Below, piece by piece: positions 1-15,629 of a stretch of DNA of 64,000 nt; the stretch's first letter is position 1; the number at the start of each line of letters is the position of its first letter. This stretch comes from Chrysomallon squamiferum (lineage: Eukaryota > Animalia > Mollusca), in NCBI GenBank assembly GCA_012295275.1, contig CM022674.1, positions 16,988,001 through 17,052,000 of the forward strand, given 5' to 3'. The position numbers and the translations under genes were made by a program. The notes beneath the pieces are model-generated. The model was given only the letters and a program-made list of their open reading frames with translations, searched no databases and was not told the origin of the DNA.

Positions 1-11
1 CCATTTATAAA

Positions 12-762
12 ATGGAGATAATAAAAAAGATCCACGGGATAATATTCTGTGTTTTAGCAATTCTGATAATCGTTGTTTCTTTAGCCAATTCCGAGCTTGG
101 AAGTCGTAAGACTTTTCGAAAGTTACCACAGTACAACGATAAGAAACCTACAGAAGATCCTTCAAAAGAATTGAACGTGTCCAGTAAACTCCACTGCGTC
201 ACAGAATGTTCCAGCTACGTCGGCTGTAAAGGATTCATCTATAACAACGGCAACGGCATGTGTTCTCTGTACAGTGAAAACTTTAATTCTCTTTCGTTTG
301 TTAGCGAGGCAGAAACAGAATCACATGGTATGATATATTCGGTTTAGAAATAATTAATGTTATTGTTAAAGAAAGTGTTTCGATTAACTGTGTAGAGATA
401 AATAATATTAATATTGTCACACTAAGTGTTCCCTATCATTGTGTAGATATTATTATTATTTCTACAGAAAGTGTTCCCTCTAGTTGTGTAGAGACATTTA
501 ATTTCATTGCTGTCACAAAAAGTGTTCACTGTGACTGTGTAGAGATAAATAAAGTTATTATTATTTCAGAAAGTGTTCCATCTGACTGTGTAGAGATAAT
601 TATGAATGGAGGTAAAACAAGCGGAGAGTATACAATTGTACCACGTGACAACAGCAGCCCAATCAGGGCGTACTGCGAAATATCTGATAATGATAGCGGT
701 TGGCTTGTAAGTTTGAGCGATACTTTTATTCATTCTTCTATTGTTTTCATTTCATATATTAT

Positions 763-845
<83 letters not shown>

Positions 846-1178
846 ATATATATATATATTATTATTGTTTATTGATCTTTTTTTGTTACTCTCAATAAGC
901 AGACATGGGACCTAGTATTTCTGTTCTTCTTTTGATGTTCAGATTTTTCAGAGACGGACGGACGGATCAGAAGATTTCTACAGAACGTGGCAAGAATACA
1001 GAGACGGATTTGGTTCATTAACTAATGAATTCTGGTTAGGTAAGAAATTAATAATAAATACTTAAAATATAAATACAAAAAGCAATAGATTAAGGGAGTA
1101 ATTTCAAAAATATAATGTATCAAAGGTGTGTGTGTATGTATGTGTGTATGTGTCTGCGTATGTTTGTGAATGAGTAAG

Positions 1179-1211
<33 letters not shown>

Positions 1212-1679
1212 AACAACAACAACAGAAAAAGAACAATTTTATTAAAAACAGTGAATCCACATAAAAGTGTGAAAAAAAGAAACAATGAAAAATATCGATA
1301 TATGCTTATTCATTGAACCATAGATTTATCGAGTATCTGTCTCATTTATCTTGCCAGGCAATGAGAACATACATCGGTTGACCAGACAGGGTTACTACGA
1401 TCTGAAAATTGACTTGGAAGATTTTGAAGGAAACACGAAATTTGCTGTCTACAAAAATTTCTCAATAACTGGAGAAGATGATTTTTATCGCTTATCAGTG
1501 GAAAAATACAGAGGAAATGCAGGTAATTTAAATACATTTTTGTTGTATTTTTCAACTGATATCAGGTAAATAATAACAAATAAATGCAGTTAAGTAATAC
1601 GTTTATTAATATTATAGTAAAATTCATATATAATCAATGAGTGTACATCGACAGATAATATATTTGTTTATGTAGAAAA

Positions 1680-1722
<43 letters not shown>

Positions 1723-1725
1723 AAA

Positions 1726-1800
<75 letters not shown>

Positions 1801-1837
1801 CACACAAACATATATAGACACGCACAAAAACACAGTA

Positions 1838-1910
<73 letters not shown>

Positions 1911-2470
1911 ACAATATATTTTTATGGGTAGAAAAAAACATTATTAAAGATAAAATAAAATAATATATTTATAAAGATATAAAACAATATCTATCTATCT
2001 ATCTATCTATCTATATATGCATACTTATATATGTAGATAAAACTAAATACTTATTTAAGAATATTTATTACGAATCCGGTTTACTCACAGAAACATTAAG
2101 TATTTCGTTTAGAGAAAAGTCGTGGTCGTTGCTATTGCTGCTATATATCGGAAAACTGATTGACACGAATGTGATTCTAATAATAATAGAATGTTTACTT
2201 GTAGGTGATGCCTTGATAAACACTGTAACAGATAACGTTCATCACAATGGTATCAGATTCTCTACAAAGGACAATGGTAATTCATGTGCTAGGGGTTATA
2301 AGGGAGGCTGGTGGTACAATCGCTGTCATTCGGCCAATCTGAACGGTCTGTACCTCAATGGAACCAATGATTTATTTGGTGTTGGAATCAACTGGTCGCC
2401 ATGGAGAGGCTATTACTATTCACTGAAGAAAACTGTAATGAAAATTCGTCCATCTTCTGTTTTGAACTAA
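12..2470 (+). CDS. Secreted PAN/apple-domain + fibrinogen C-terminal (FReD, ficolin-like) protein, copy 1; 5 exons, 326 aa
   Basis: Exons 12-327, 570-706, 943-1039, 1358-1522, 2205-2470, all with GT..AG boundaries and compatible phases (981 nt). Hydrophobic N-terminus; PAN pattern [22 protein letters not shown]; FReD motifs [69 protein letters not shown]. Confidence 0.93.
372..600 (+). repeat. Tandem 45-51 bp repeats of the exon-2 splice acceptor plus its first ~30 coding bases, in intron 1 of FReD copy 1
   Basis: Units of the form aaagtgttcc..tgtgtagagata start at 372, 423, 468, 519 and 570; the last is the true exon start. Confidence 0.85.
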
Positions 2471-2995
2471 CACAGGATCGAGAATTTGAATATCTTCTGT
2501 TATAAATTGAAACTGTAATGGCAATTCGACCATCATCGGTTTTGAACTAAACCAGGATTGAGAATTTGAACATCTTCTGTTATAAATTGAAACGGTAATA
2601 CAAATTCCACCATCTTCTGTTTTGAACAAACAGTTTTAGGAACATTTGTCTGTCTTCTGACTAAAGTTATATCTGTAATAACAAAAATGACCATTTTCGG
2701 TTATGAATTAAAACTGTACTGAAAATTCCACCATCTCCTTTTCTGAACTAAAATTATAATGGAAATTTGTTCATCTTCACCTTCGAACTCAAACTGTAAT
2801 GAAAATTCCACCATATGCTGTTTTGACCTAAAACTGTGACGAAAATTCGAGTATTTCTGTTTTGAAGTAAAACTGTAAAGAAAATTCGAGTATCTTCCGA
2901 TTTGAATTAAAACTGTGATGAAAATTCCAACAGCTTCTGTTTTGAACTAAAACTGTAAGGAAAACTCTACAGTCGTCTTTTTTTAATTAAAACAG
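2429..2995 (+). repeat. Degenerate ~40-bp tandem array in the 3' UTR of FReD copy 1, about 14 units
   Basis: Unit aaactgtaatgaaaattcgtccatcttctgttttgaacta recurs at ~40-bp period; the first unit is the last 13 codons plus the stop. Confidence 0.88.
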
Positions 2996-4049
2996 TTTTG
3001 TTAGTTGAAACGAGACAATAGTGCTAGCCTAAATTATTAACTTGAGAAATGAAATAAAAATAAACAACGAAACACTATTCCAATTTACAGGAATGTTTTG
3101 TTTAATCAAAATACTGAAAACAATGCCATTCAAAAAATAAAAAATAAAAACAGAAAGAAAATATCTGAATTGTTTATTTCTTTTAGCATTTATTTCATGT
3201 AAATTTATATACTACTAATTTTGAAAGAATTGCTAAATGTAAATTTAGTTTTATAATTGTTTTCTTTGGAAAGAGTTGTTAAATTTAAATTTATGTAAGC
3301 AAATGTTGCTGAATTATTTTATTTTAATTCGTGTTCTGGATAAAGATAAATTTATGATAATTTAAAAAGGAGAACTATTACTGGTATTTGAATCGTTCTG
3401 TTGATACCGGTAGATTACAAGGATTGATCCCAGCTTTATCGAGTTTGTCTGTATGACATTCGTGTTTGTTAGTGCTGACTTTATATAAAACGTATAGTAT
3501 GTGTTGTACAGTATAAAATTGTTTGTACAAGATACCTCACTGCTGATATAAAAGTGTATTTTCTGGAGGAAAAATTCCTGAAACTTCTACCAGTGTTGTC
3601 TGTAGATTTGAAAATAATTCGTGTTATCTCTGTAATAAAAGGAACACATTTTCATTCTTTATTTCAGTTTGTTTGTTTGTGTGGTCATTTGATTATTTGT
3701 TGATTTTTTTATTTTTTTTTATTTTGGTCTGTTTTATTTAATTATCAATTTATTGATTTCAATATATATATATATATATATATATATAGATGTTTTACTT
3801 AATCCCTTAGGATATTTGTAAAGGTGATTAAAACAAAAATGCATTTGTAATGATATACATATATATTAATACATACTTATGTACGCTTATATATATATAT
3901 CTGTGTATATATCAATATATATCTATATCTGTGCATGTATATATATAATAATGTGTTTTTGTGTGTATGTATTATGAATGGATATGCATGCGTGTGTGTG
4001 TAGATAAGTGGTATAAAATGCAGTAGTTCCTGATTCCTGATCGCATTCA

Positions 4050-5001
4050 GATCACTTATTTTTCCATCACGGTGGTTCTTTTCGAAGTCCGCTTTAAGAG
4101 AGATTGATTAAGAAGTATGAATTATGCAGCGAGTGTACATTCTAAAGGAAGCGTACTTCTTGATTATAGACCAGCTAAAGAAGATCTCTGTTGACCACAG
4201 GAAAAACACACCACGAGTACTTACTACCTCGTGTCCAAGTTTCAAATTCTTCATTACGCAGACGTGGAGAAACTGACCAAGAAACGCCAAACAGATGAAG
4301 ACGCCAGGTTTGACCAGCTGCGGTCGCACTCCGAGGATGACCAGTTGACGCCAAAAGTGGAGTTCCTTTGTCGACGTCAGCGCCAAGCGAAAATTCGCCG
4401 AAGACGAACAGTTTCAGCAAGACGAGCGGATGATCAAACGCAGTCGCGTTGTGTTGTCTGCCGGAGAAGAAGGAGAGAGAGACAACGTAGCAGTGCCTGT
4501 TCCAGCTGTGGACAGGGACCGTGGTGACCCCAGGAGCCTGCTGGGTGTGATTGTAGATACTGATGACAATGAACAGTCTACCAGGAACCAGTTTGATGTG
4601 TGTTCCCAGAGACTGCTTTTGTTGTATGATGTGTCAAAATGCTTTTAGAGCAGCAGTGTCAAAGGAGTTACGCAGGAGGACAAGGGTTTGTGAAATGCAA
4701 CTGTAGAGGAAAAACGAGCTGTCAAACAAAACGTGTATGTTTCGAGAACAAACGTTTGAACTGCTGTAATAAATAGAACACTACTATATGAGTTACGAAA
4801 TACATCTCTTCATCCAATTGTAAGTCATTATTTTCCATTCAATCATTTTGCTTAATGACTTGAGGTCTATTTCAGTCGTTTGGCCTATTTATTGGAAATC
4901 TTAGACATTAGGCCAAATGGCTGACAGTCTTGTGATTTAGGCTAAACCTAAACATTTCAGGCATTAGACCAGATGACTTCTTTCACATATTGGCTGTAAC
5001 A
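4050..5001 (+). mobile_element. Internally deleted Ginger/KRBA2-like (integrase-type) DNA transposon remnant
   Basis: Translations YYLVSKFQILHYADVEKLTKKRQ (N-terminal part) and DNVAVPVPAVDRDRGDPRSLLGVIV..TRNQFDVCSQRLL..GGQGFVKCNC (C-terminal part) resemble KRBA2/SCAND3-like integrase proteins, from recall. The DDE core is missing. The element ends in ...TGTAACA (TGT-type terminus) next to (TA)n, with subterminal ttaggccaaatg-like repeats. Confidence 0.65.
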
Positions 5002-6132
5002 TATATATATAGATTTACCACACACACACTAACACACCCAAGAAACACATACACATATACATACATACATATCTACACACCTACGCTCATAACGCTATTT
5101 AAGAGACTGTGAGGGTTGACAAGTCATGTATTGTTATGTTGCATATATTGTTGTGGACTGTTGCGGATCAGGAATTTTCAAAAAATGTTTTGTTAGTTGT
5201 CTCTTGTTTAGTAAAATTGCCTTTTACGTTTCTGTCTTTTGTGTCATTTAAAAACCGACGTGAAACACACAGACACACACATACGCACACACACAGGCAC
5301 ACATAGAAATGCATATACAAAGACTCGCAGATATATTCAAACATTATAACAATATTATATACACGTTAATTATGCAGACACACTAGGTATAAACATATAA
5401 AAACAGACACAAGCACAACATACTTAAGCGGAGGATTTCGCTAGGGAATACATTCTGTCTGTCAACAAATTCAATGCATCAAATACACTGGTTTACACAC
5501 TGAACCGTTGCGGATAATTTCATCCAGAGTTACGGTTCTTGCTATTTATAGACAGGGCAATACCAACATTAATATAATAAATGTCATTGTTTCAGTAACA
5601 TAACTTATTTAAATAAACGTGTTTGGTTTAGTTCATTGTCGATTATTAATTATTTGAAAGGAATAGAATGCCAAAACATCCTTTGTGACATCAATAAATA
5701 AACAGAAAATTATATTTGCGCAGTTAATGAAGACTGCAGGGTGTCAGTTTAACAATGGGTTGTATGTACGCTTCACTTAGATATCTCGCTTCTGGAACTA
5801 ATATGTTGTTCGGCTTCACTCAGTGTTTACACATTTTTAAAAACATGTAGATGAAGTTTCATCCGAAATAAAGTTTCAGTATAATTTCTATATTTCCTTG
5901 TGTTGTTTGTAGCCAGAATTCTTTCTGATATTCAGTGTCTTCCTGTCATATTGTCTGTCCATGAATAATACACTGTCATTCTAGACAGAAAAAAGAAAGA
6001 CAGAAACCAATAAAAATTAAATAAATAAATAAATAAGGGGAAAAAAAAAAAAAAAAAAAAAAAAAGAAAAGACAACTCGAAAAAAAGAAAACACAAATAA
6101 AAAAAAAACAAAAACAAAGAACAAACAAAATA

Positions 6133-6194
<62 letters not shown>

Positions 6195-6536
6195 AAATAA
6201 TACGAAAATAATAACCTCAAACAAACAAAATGAAATACTTCAATATTTAGGCCATTCATACCATGTAAAACGTAATGAATTTAGCCCTTTTGTTTTTGGC
6301 CCGAATTCCGCCCCATTTGTGGACGTGTTAAACTGGATTTTAATATTTATTGCGGAAAGCATCTGGAGTTAATACCAATCGATCTACATGTCCATCACTG
6401 AAAACACTATGAGCAGGCCACTTTAAACACGTGTCGCTGTCCTTGGTCACGTGACCTATGGAAACTATAATGACATCTGAAAATTAAGAGTATATCGTGC
6501 TGAAGGTTGGGTGATCGTTCCCTGTCGCTGTGCTTG

Positions 6537-6736
6537 NNNNNNNNNNNNNNNNNNNNNNNNNNNNNNNNNNNNNNNNNNNNNNNNNNNNNNNNNNNNNNNN
6601 NNNNNNNNNNNNNNNNNNNNNNNNNNNNNNNNNNNNNNNNNNNNNNNNNNNNNNNNNNNNNNNNNNNNNNNNNNNNNNNNNNNNNNNNNNNNNNNNNNNN
6701 NNNNNNNNNNNNNNNNNNNNNNNNNNNNNNNNNNNN
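6537..6736. other. Assembly gap (200 N)
   Basis: Run of N; true size unknown. Confidence 1.
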
Positions 6737-6985
6737 TTCATCTGTTTGGCGTTTCTTGCTCAGTTTCTGCGTGTCTGCGCACTGAAGAATTTCAAACGTG
6801 GACATGACGTAGTAAGTACTCGTGGTGTGTTTTTCCTATGATCAACAGAGATCTTCTTTAGCTGGTCCATAATCAAGAAATACTCTTCCTTTGTTATGTA
6901 GATTCTCTTGCATAATTCATACTTCTTAAACAATCTCTCTTAAAGCAGACTTCCAAAAGAACCTCCATGGTGGACAAATAAGTTG
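6737..6985 (-). mobile_element. 5' part of the same Ginger/KRBA2-like remnant, cut by the gap
   Basis: Reverse-complement homologue of ~4050-4280 (STFEILQCADTQKLSKKRQTDE); retains a ccaccATGG start at ~6968. Confidence 0.6.
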
Positions 6986-7080
6986 TCTCAATGCTATAAG
7001 GAACTATTGTATTTTATACCACTTATTTACACACACACGCATGCATATCCATTCATACATACTTATAATACATACACAAA

Positions 7081-7124
<44 letters not shown>

Positions 7125-8549
7125 CACGCACAGATATATATATAAGCGTACATAAGTATGTATTAATATATATGTATATGATTACAAATGCATTTTTTTT
7201 TAATAACCTTTACAAATATCCTAAGGGATTAAGAAAAACGTCTATATATATATTGAAATCAATAAATTAATAATTAAATAAAACAGACACAAATTTAAAA
7301 AAATAAATACAAAAAGTTCAACAAATAAATAAACGACTACAGAAACAAACAAACTGAAATAAAGAATGAATATGTGTTCCTTTTATTACAGAGATAACAC
7401 GAATTCTTTTCAAATCTACAGTCAACACTGGTAAAAGTTTCAGGAATTTTTCCTCCATAAAATACATTTTTATATCAGCAGTGAGGTATCTTGTACAAAC
7501 AATTTTATACTGTACAACACATACTATAATTTTATATAAAGTCAGCACTAACAAACACGAATGTGATAAAGACAAACTCGATAAAGCTGGGATCGATCCT
7601 TGTAATCTACCGGTATCAACAGAACGATTCAAACACCAGTAATAGAGGTCGTTTTTATACTATCATACATTTATCTTTATCCAGAACACGAATTAAAATA
7701 AAATAATTCAGCAACATTTGCTTACATAAATTTAAATTTAACAACTCTTTCCAATGAAAACAATTATAAAACTAAATTTACATTTAGCAATTGTTTCAAA
7801 ATTAGTAGTTTTTCAATTTATATGAAATAAATGCTAAAAAGAAATAAACAATTCAGATATTTTCTTTCTGTTTTTATTTTTTATTTTTTGAATGACATTT
7901 TTTTCAGTATTTTGATTAACCAAAACATTCCTGTAAATTGGAATAGTGTTTCCTTTTTATTTTTATTTCATTTCTCAAGTTAATAATTTAGGCTAGCACT
8001 ATTGTCTCGTTTCAACTAATAAAATTGTTTTAATTGAAAAAAGACGACTGTAGAGTTTTCATTACAGTTTTAGTTCAAAACAGAAGCTGTTCGAATTTTC
8101 ATCACAGTTTAAATTCAAATCCGAAGATATTCGAATTTTCTATACAGTTTTACTTCAAAACAGAAATACTCGAATTTTCGTCACAGTTTTAGATCAAAAC
8201 AGCATATGGTGGAATTTTCATTACAATTTGAGTTCGAACGTGAAGATGAACGAATTTCCATTATAATTTTATTTCAGAAAAAGATTTGGCGGAATTTTCA
8301 GTACAGTTTTAATTCAAAACCGAAAATGGTCATTTTTGTTATTACAGATATAACTTTAGTCAGAACACAGACAAAAGTTCCTAAAACTGTTTGTTCAAGA
8401 CAGAAGATGGTGGAATTTGTATTACCGTTTCAATTTATAACACAAGATGTTCAAATTCTCAATCCTGGTTTAGTTCAAAACCGATGATGGTCGAATTGCC
8501 ATTACAGTTTCAATTTATAACAGAAGATATTCAAATTCTCGATCCTGTG

Positions 8550-11023
<2,474 letters not shown>

Positions 11024-11935
11024 TTTATAAATGGTAGCAATGTTGAAATGCATGTATCTCTTTTCAGAACTAAATCAATCTAATTACATAAAGATAATTT
11101 AATTGTTATTTCATGAGCCAAATAAACTGGTAATTGCTTCTACTAATGTTTCCAAGACACTGTCACTACCAAACTGAACTCTTCAAATATATTAAGCGTT
11201 TGACACAAGCTTCTGTTTTCAGTCCTTTGTTAAATAAAACCTTTTCTAATAATTCCTACAGCTTCTCTCGGTTCAGCTGAAAAATATACAAGCCAAACAG
11301 AACGGTAATCAAATTCCGTGAACACATATTTGATGCTGCACTGTATTTGGATAATTTAATTAATAATGTAGTGATTATGGATATTTTTGTGTAATTCGTA
11401 CTGATTCTTTCAATTCATCTGAAAGAAAGAAAAGGTGAATAGAACTGTTTATTCGTATAACAGTCATCAGGGAAATGATCATTTGAAATATGACTTGTTC
11501 TGACTTGCTTCAGCGATTGGTTTTGTACGAAATGTTTGTTATTGTCTTTTTGTTGCTGTATCTTTGTGGGTTTTTGTTACTGAATGGAGTGTATGTTTAT
11601 ATGGTTGTTCTGTGTAGTTGTTACTGAGTCATGTTGTTGCTTTTGTTGTTCGTACTGTTCTTTTATTGTACTAATATCTATTTGTAAGCGTATATCGTGT
11701 GGGATCTAGTAGGTTTAGCGGAAGCTAGTATGTACATCTTATTAATTTTTTAGTAATAATATTTTATAATAGTATAGTAGGTTTAGAGGTACCGATTATG
11801 TACATTTTATTACTTTTTTTGGAAGTAGTAATTGTAGTAAGAGTAAAGTAGGTTTAGAGGTAGCTAGTAGCTAAATCTAGTTAATTTTGTTCTAATGTCA
11901 CTAAACAAAAGTCAAATCAAATCACCTTTTCATAC

Positions 11936-12124
11936 TCCTGGTTGTGAACATGATTCCATTCCATGGGATAAAAGTTATATCCCCCAGAAATGTTTTCGTA
12001 TTTACTGGGATTTGAACACGATCTTCACCCCAAACATTTTCCCATATCAACAGCGTCTGATCCTTATTTATCCAAATTAGTCTGTGATCTGATGGTAACA
12101 ATTACAAAAAAAAAAAAAAAAAAA

Positions 12125-12155
<31 letters not shown>

Positions 12156-13045
12156 GTAAATAAGCATATTCAAGATACACCGACATTTAACAGGATTAAT
12201 TTTGTCTGTTATTTTTTATTTTTTTTTTTTATTTTATTTTATTTTGTTATGGTCTCCGTCTCTCTGTTCTGGTCATACTCGTTAATTCTCTCTTTCTTTC
12301 ACTACTTTCTCTTTCTATCTCTATCTCACAAATGTGTTTCATCTTTATTTTGTATTATTTAGAGTTAGTAATTATTTATTAATTTAGGTGGTTAGGTAGT
12401 TAGTTAGAAATATAGATAGATGGGCTGCTGTTGGCTCGTAAATTTGAATGAATTGTAAACATCAAAAGAGAAGGAAAATGGGTACATATCGCATAAAAGG
12501 AGATATGATATATCTCTGCAAAGCCAGAAATTGTGTACGTTGTTTTATTATCATAGTCAGTATGTATAATTCCTTCAGTGGGAATCTCAGGAAAGATAAA
12601 CCTATCACAGACAGAAAACAAATAATAAAAATAAATATGACAAACACATTAAACTAATTTTAGTAATTCATTTTTATATCAGCATTCGCTTTATTGCTAG
12701 ACATAGGCTTAATTCAAACACAGATAAAGTGCCATATTAGGATCTGGAATATCCAGGAATGAAAACTAAGAAAGAGGAGACTACCTGTGACAAAATGAAG
12801 AAGAAGACCACCACCAACAACAACAGTAATAAGAACAACAACAGCAGCAGCAACAACAATGGCTACTACTCATAACATAGTACCGTTATTACTACTATAA
12901 CTACAGCGAATTAACCAAATACTACTGTTTCTTCTACAACTACTACTACTATTACAATTACTAATTCTGAAACCAAAACAACTATAACTAGTATACTTAC
13001 TACCACTACTTTTGGTAATGTTGCTTCTGCTACTGATACTACTAT

Positions 13046-13092
<47 letters not shown>

Positions 13093-13247
13093 TTACGACT
13101 ACTGTTTAACTACCTCATTTCTGGGTCAACGTACAGACGTCTCAAATTGGCTCCATTTTGTGTTAGAACTTTCCTTTGTTTGCCACTGTGAATAATAGAG
13201 TCTACGATTTTTGCTATCCAGTGCTGTATCAGAAATCTGTGGAAGGT
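11936..13247 (-). other. Candidate exons of a divergent LDLR class B (YWTD-like) beta-propeller gene fragment
   Basis: AG-preceded open exons: 13247-13114 (..GKQRKVLTQNGANLRRLYVDPEMR), 12601-~12486 (FIFPEIPTEGIIHTDYDNKTTYTI), 12081-11936 (LIWINKDQ..GEDRVQI..DITF..IMFT). Spacing resembles YWTD repeats. The donor of the middle exon is uncertain. Confidence 0.4.
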
Positions 13248-13544
13248 CTAAAATTAACCAAAATAGAAATCTGATATACTTAAACTAGAAATGAATGAGA
13301 AATATAAAACAGGATTGTTTTTGTGTTTTTTTGGTCAAATTAGTCAAATTCTCGTAGCATAACCATTTAAAAGCGAAGTAGATAATATAAACTGGAAATT
13401 TTATAATAATGTCTTAAACACAAAGATTATTAAAAACAGAAAGCAAGAGAAACAAAAGTGTCAAAATGTATAAAAGAAAAAAGGTACCAAGAGAGAGAAA
13501 GGTATGTATCTCGCTAAAAATATACATATACATACACACAGAAA

Positions 13545-13602
<58 letters not shown>

Positions 13603-13952
13603 CATATACATACATACATATAGATAGATAGATAGATAGATAGATAAACAGATATATATATAGTCTCATACACACATATGCATGTATGCATCTATTTAGC
13701 TCTCAATAGCTCTGTATGTGAACACATAGACACGCGCACACACATTAACACGCACACACATTAACACACACACACACACAGAGACACACACACATATATA
13801 TAAATATATACTTTACTTTGATCTGATATTATCGCATGGAAGAGCCTCGTTGGATTGGGCACTTCTAACCTTTACAGGATGTGAGGCAGTAACCAGTTAT
13901 TCTCTGTATAAATCAAAGCCACTCATATACTCAAGCATTTCTTTAAACCTCT

Positions 13953-14034
<82 letters not shown>

Positions 14035-14407
14035 ACTCCGTCCTCCTCCTCTTCCTATCTATTTGTCTGTGTGTTTATCTGTGTGTGTACCTATGTCTAT
14101 ATTTGCCTATTTTCCTGTCTGTCTCTCAATCTATCTTTCAAAGATCAAAAATATAATAATAATAATGATAATAATAATATTATTGTTTAGTAATTTAAAA
14201 TTATAATAATAATCGTAGTTTAATAATTTTAAACACCAAACTTCCTTCAGAAGGTAATTTCAACCAACAGATGACCACCACTGCATGTTTGTCTGTAATG
14301 AAATTTGAAGAAATCCAATATCTTTATGCTTCTCTAAATATAGCATATAGAAATTAGAATGAAAAATCAAAATTATATAATAAAATATATATATATATTT
14401 TTTTTAG

Positions 14408-15054
14408 GTTTTATCAGACTAGTCAATAGTGGAGGTATTTCAACACAGGGTCGAGTTGAGATCAAACTTCACGATACATGGGGAACTGTCTGTGCTGACA
14501 AATTTGACGACAAAGACGCAGGCTTTATCTGTACACTTTTAGGATTCAGTCAGTAAGAACGTTTTACTTTCAGTTAAACTGTTCAATTTATAAACAGTAG
14601 TAAAATATCAGTACGTTTCTGTTTGCGCAATACAATATAAGACAAAATCTGTATAATCGGATAGTACAGATTGGCCAATATTTCTAACGAAGATCAGACA
14701 AATCAGTTGTATTTTCTAAATCCTAGATTCAAGGCAAAGACGTATAAGAATGCTCACTTTGGAGAAGGAACAGGACCAGTGTGGGTTGATGATGAAAACG
14801 GATTGAATCACTGTTCTTTTTATGACTGGGGTAAAAAGAACTATAGATATAAACAGGATTTGGGAATTAGCTGCTACCCTCAGAGTGTGTTGTTTGTTTT
14901 GTTGTTATTTGTTTTATTGTTGTTGTTTGTTTTTGTACTGTTTTAAGAACAAAACATTTAGCGTTAAATGTGAAATGCAAGAACCACTTAGTGTGAAAGG
15001 TATCGGCTGTATCTTTAACATTCTTTGATTTATAAAACAACGCCACCTGATACT

Positions 15055-15087
<33 letters not shown>

Positions 15088-15629
15088 CATCCTCTCCCTT
15101 GAATTGTTATTTTTATTAGTATTTTTACTATTATTATTAGTAGTAGTAGTAGAAGGAATAGTAGTAGTAGTAGTAGTAGTAGTAGAGGTAGTAGTAGTAG
15201 CAGTAGTAGTTGTAGTATTATTTTTTTTTCTTTTATTTGTCTTTATTTCTTTTTTTTCTAACATATTTACTAAAACAAATATTTGGCTTCTCGATTTTAC
15301 AAGTAAAAGTTGACTGTAAAAATGTATTGCTAATAATATAGCTCGATGTTGAAGTCATATCGCTTGGTAATATTATTTACGTATATCTATAAAGCGAAAA
15401 TTAATCTGGAACCGGACAGTTAAAGAAAACAAATGAAATTTTGAAAATAGTTTGTGTTGTGATCGTTTCTTCAACTGACTTCAGTTTCTGTTCGATTGGC
15501 CAATGGAGGAGGAATTGTAACACGAGGCAGACTTGAAATAGAAAACAACGGAACATGGGGAACTGTCTGTGATAATGAATTTGACGACAGACATTCTGCT
15601 GTTATCTGTTACATGCTGGGTGTCACATT
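14408..15629 (+). pseudogene. SRCR (scavenger receptor cysteine-rich) gene fragment: one degenerate full domain plus half of a second
   Basis: Exons 14408-14552 (IRLVN..GRVEI..WGTVCADKFDDKDAGFICTLLGF), 14727-14884 (AHFGEGTGPVWVDD..LGISC), 15485-~15629 (VRLANG..GRLEI..WGTVCDNEFDD..VICYMLG). Domain 1 lacks two conserved Cys. The third exon has no GT at the homologous position and no partner exon was found. Confidence 0.78.

Noticed and set aside
2429-2995. CRISPR-like periodic repeats
   Set aside because: Contiguous degenerate tandem units without unique spacers, eukaryotic context, no cas genes.
5630-5990. Possible decayed exon conserved between FReD units 1 and 3
   Set aside because: Stops in all frames in both copies and no recognisable motif; similarity is explained by recent duplication.
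6440-6460. GTCACGTGAC (CLEAR/E-box) palindrome; variant at ~53322, ~900 bp upstream of the MRH gene; CCACGCCCAAT at 52559
   Set aside because: Short motifs with no transcription start evidence; the 53.3 kb copy arrived with the FReD duplication.
6407-6841. ORFs spanning N runs (also 45701-45997), and ORFs made of (CT)n, (CA)n, (TA)n or (TAA)n throughout
   Set aside because: Artefacts of gaps and microsatellites.
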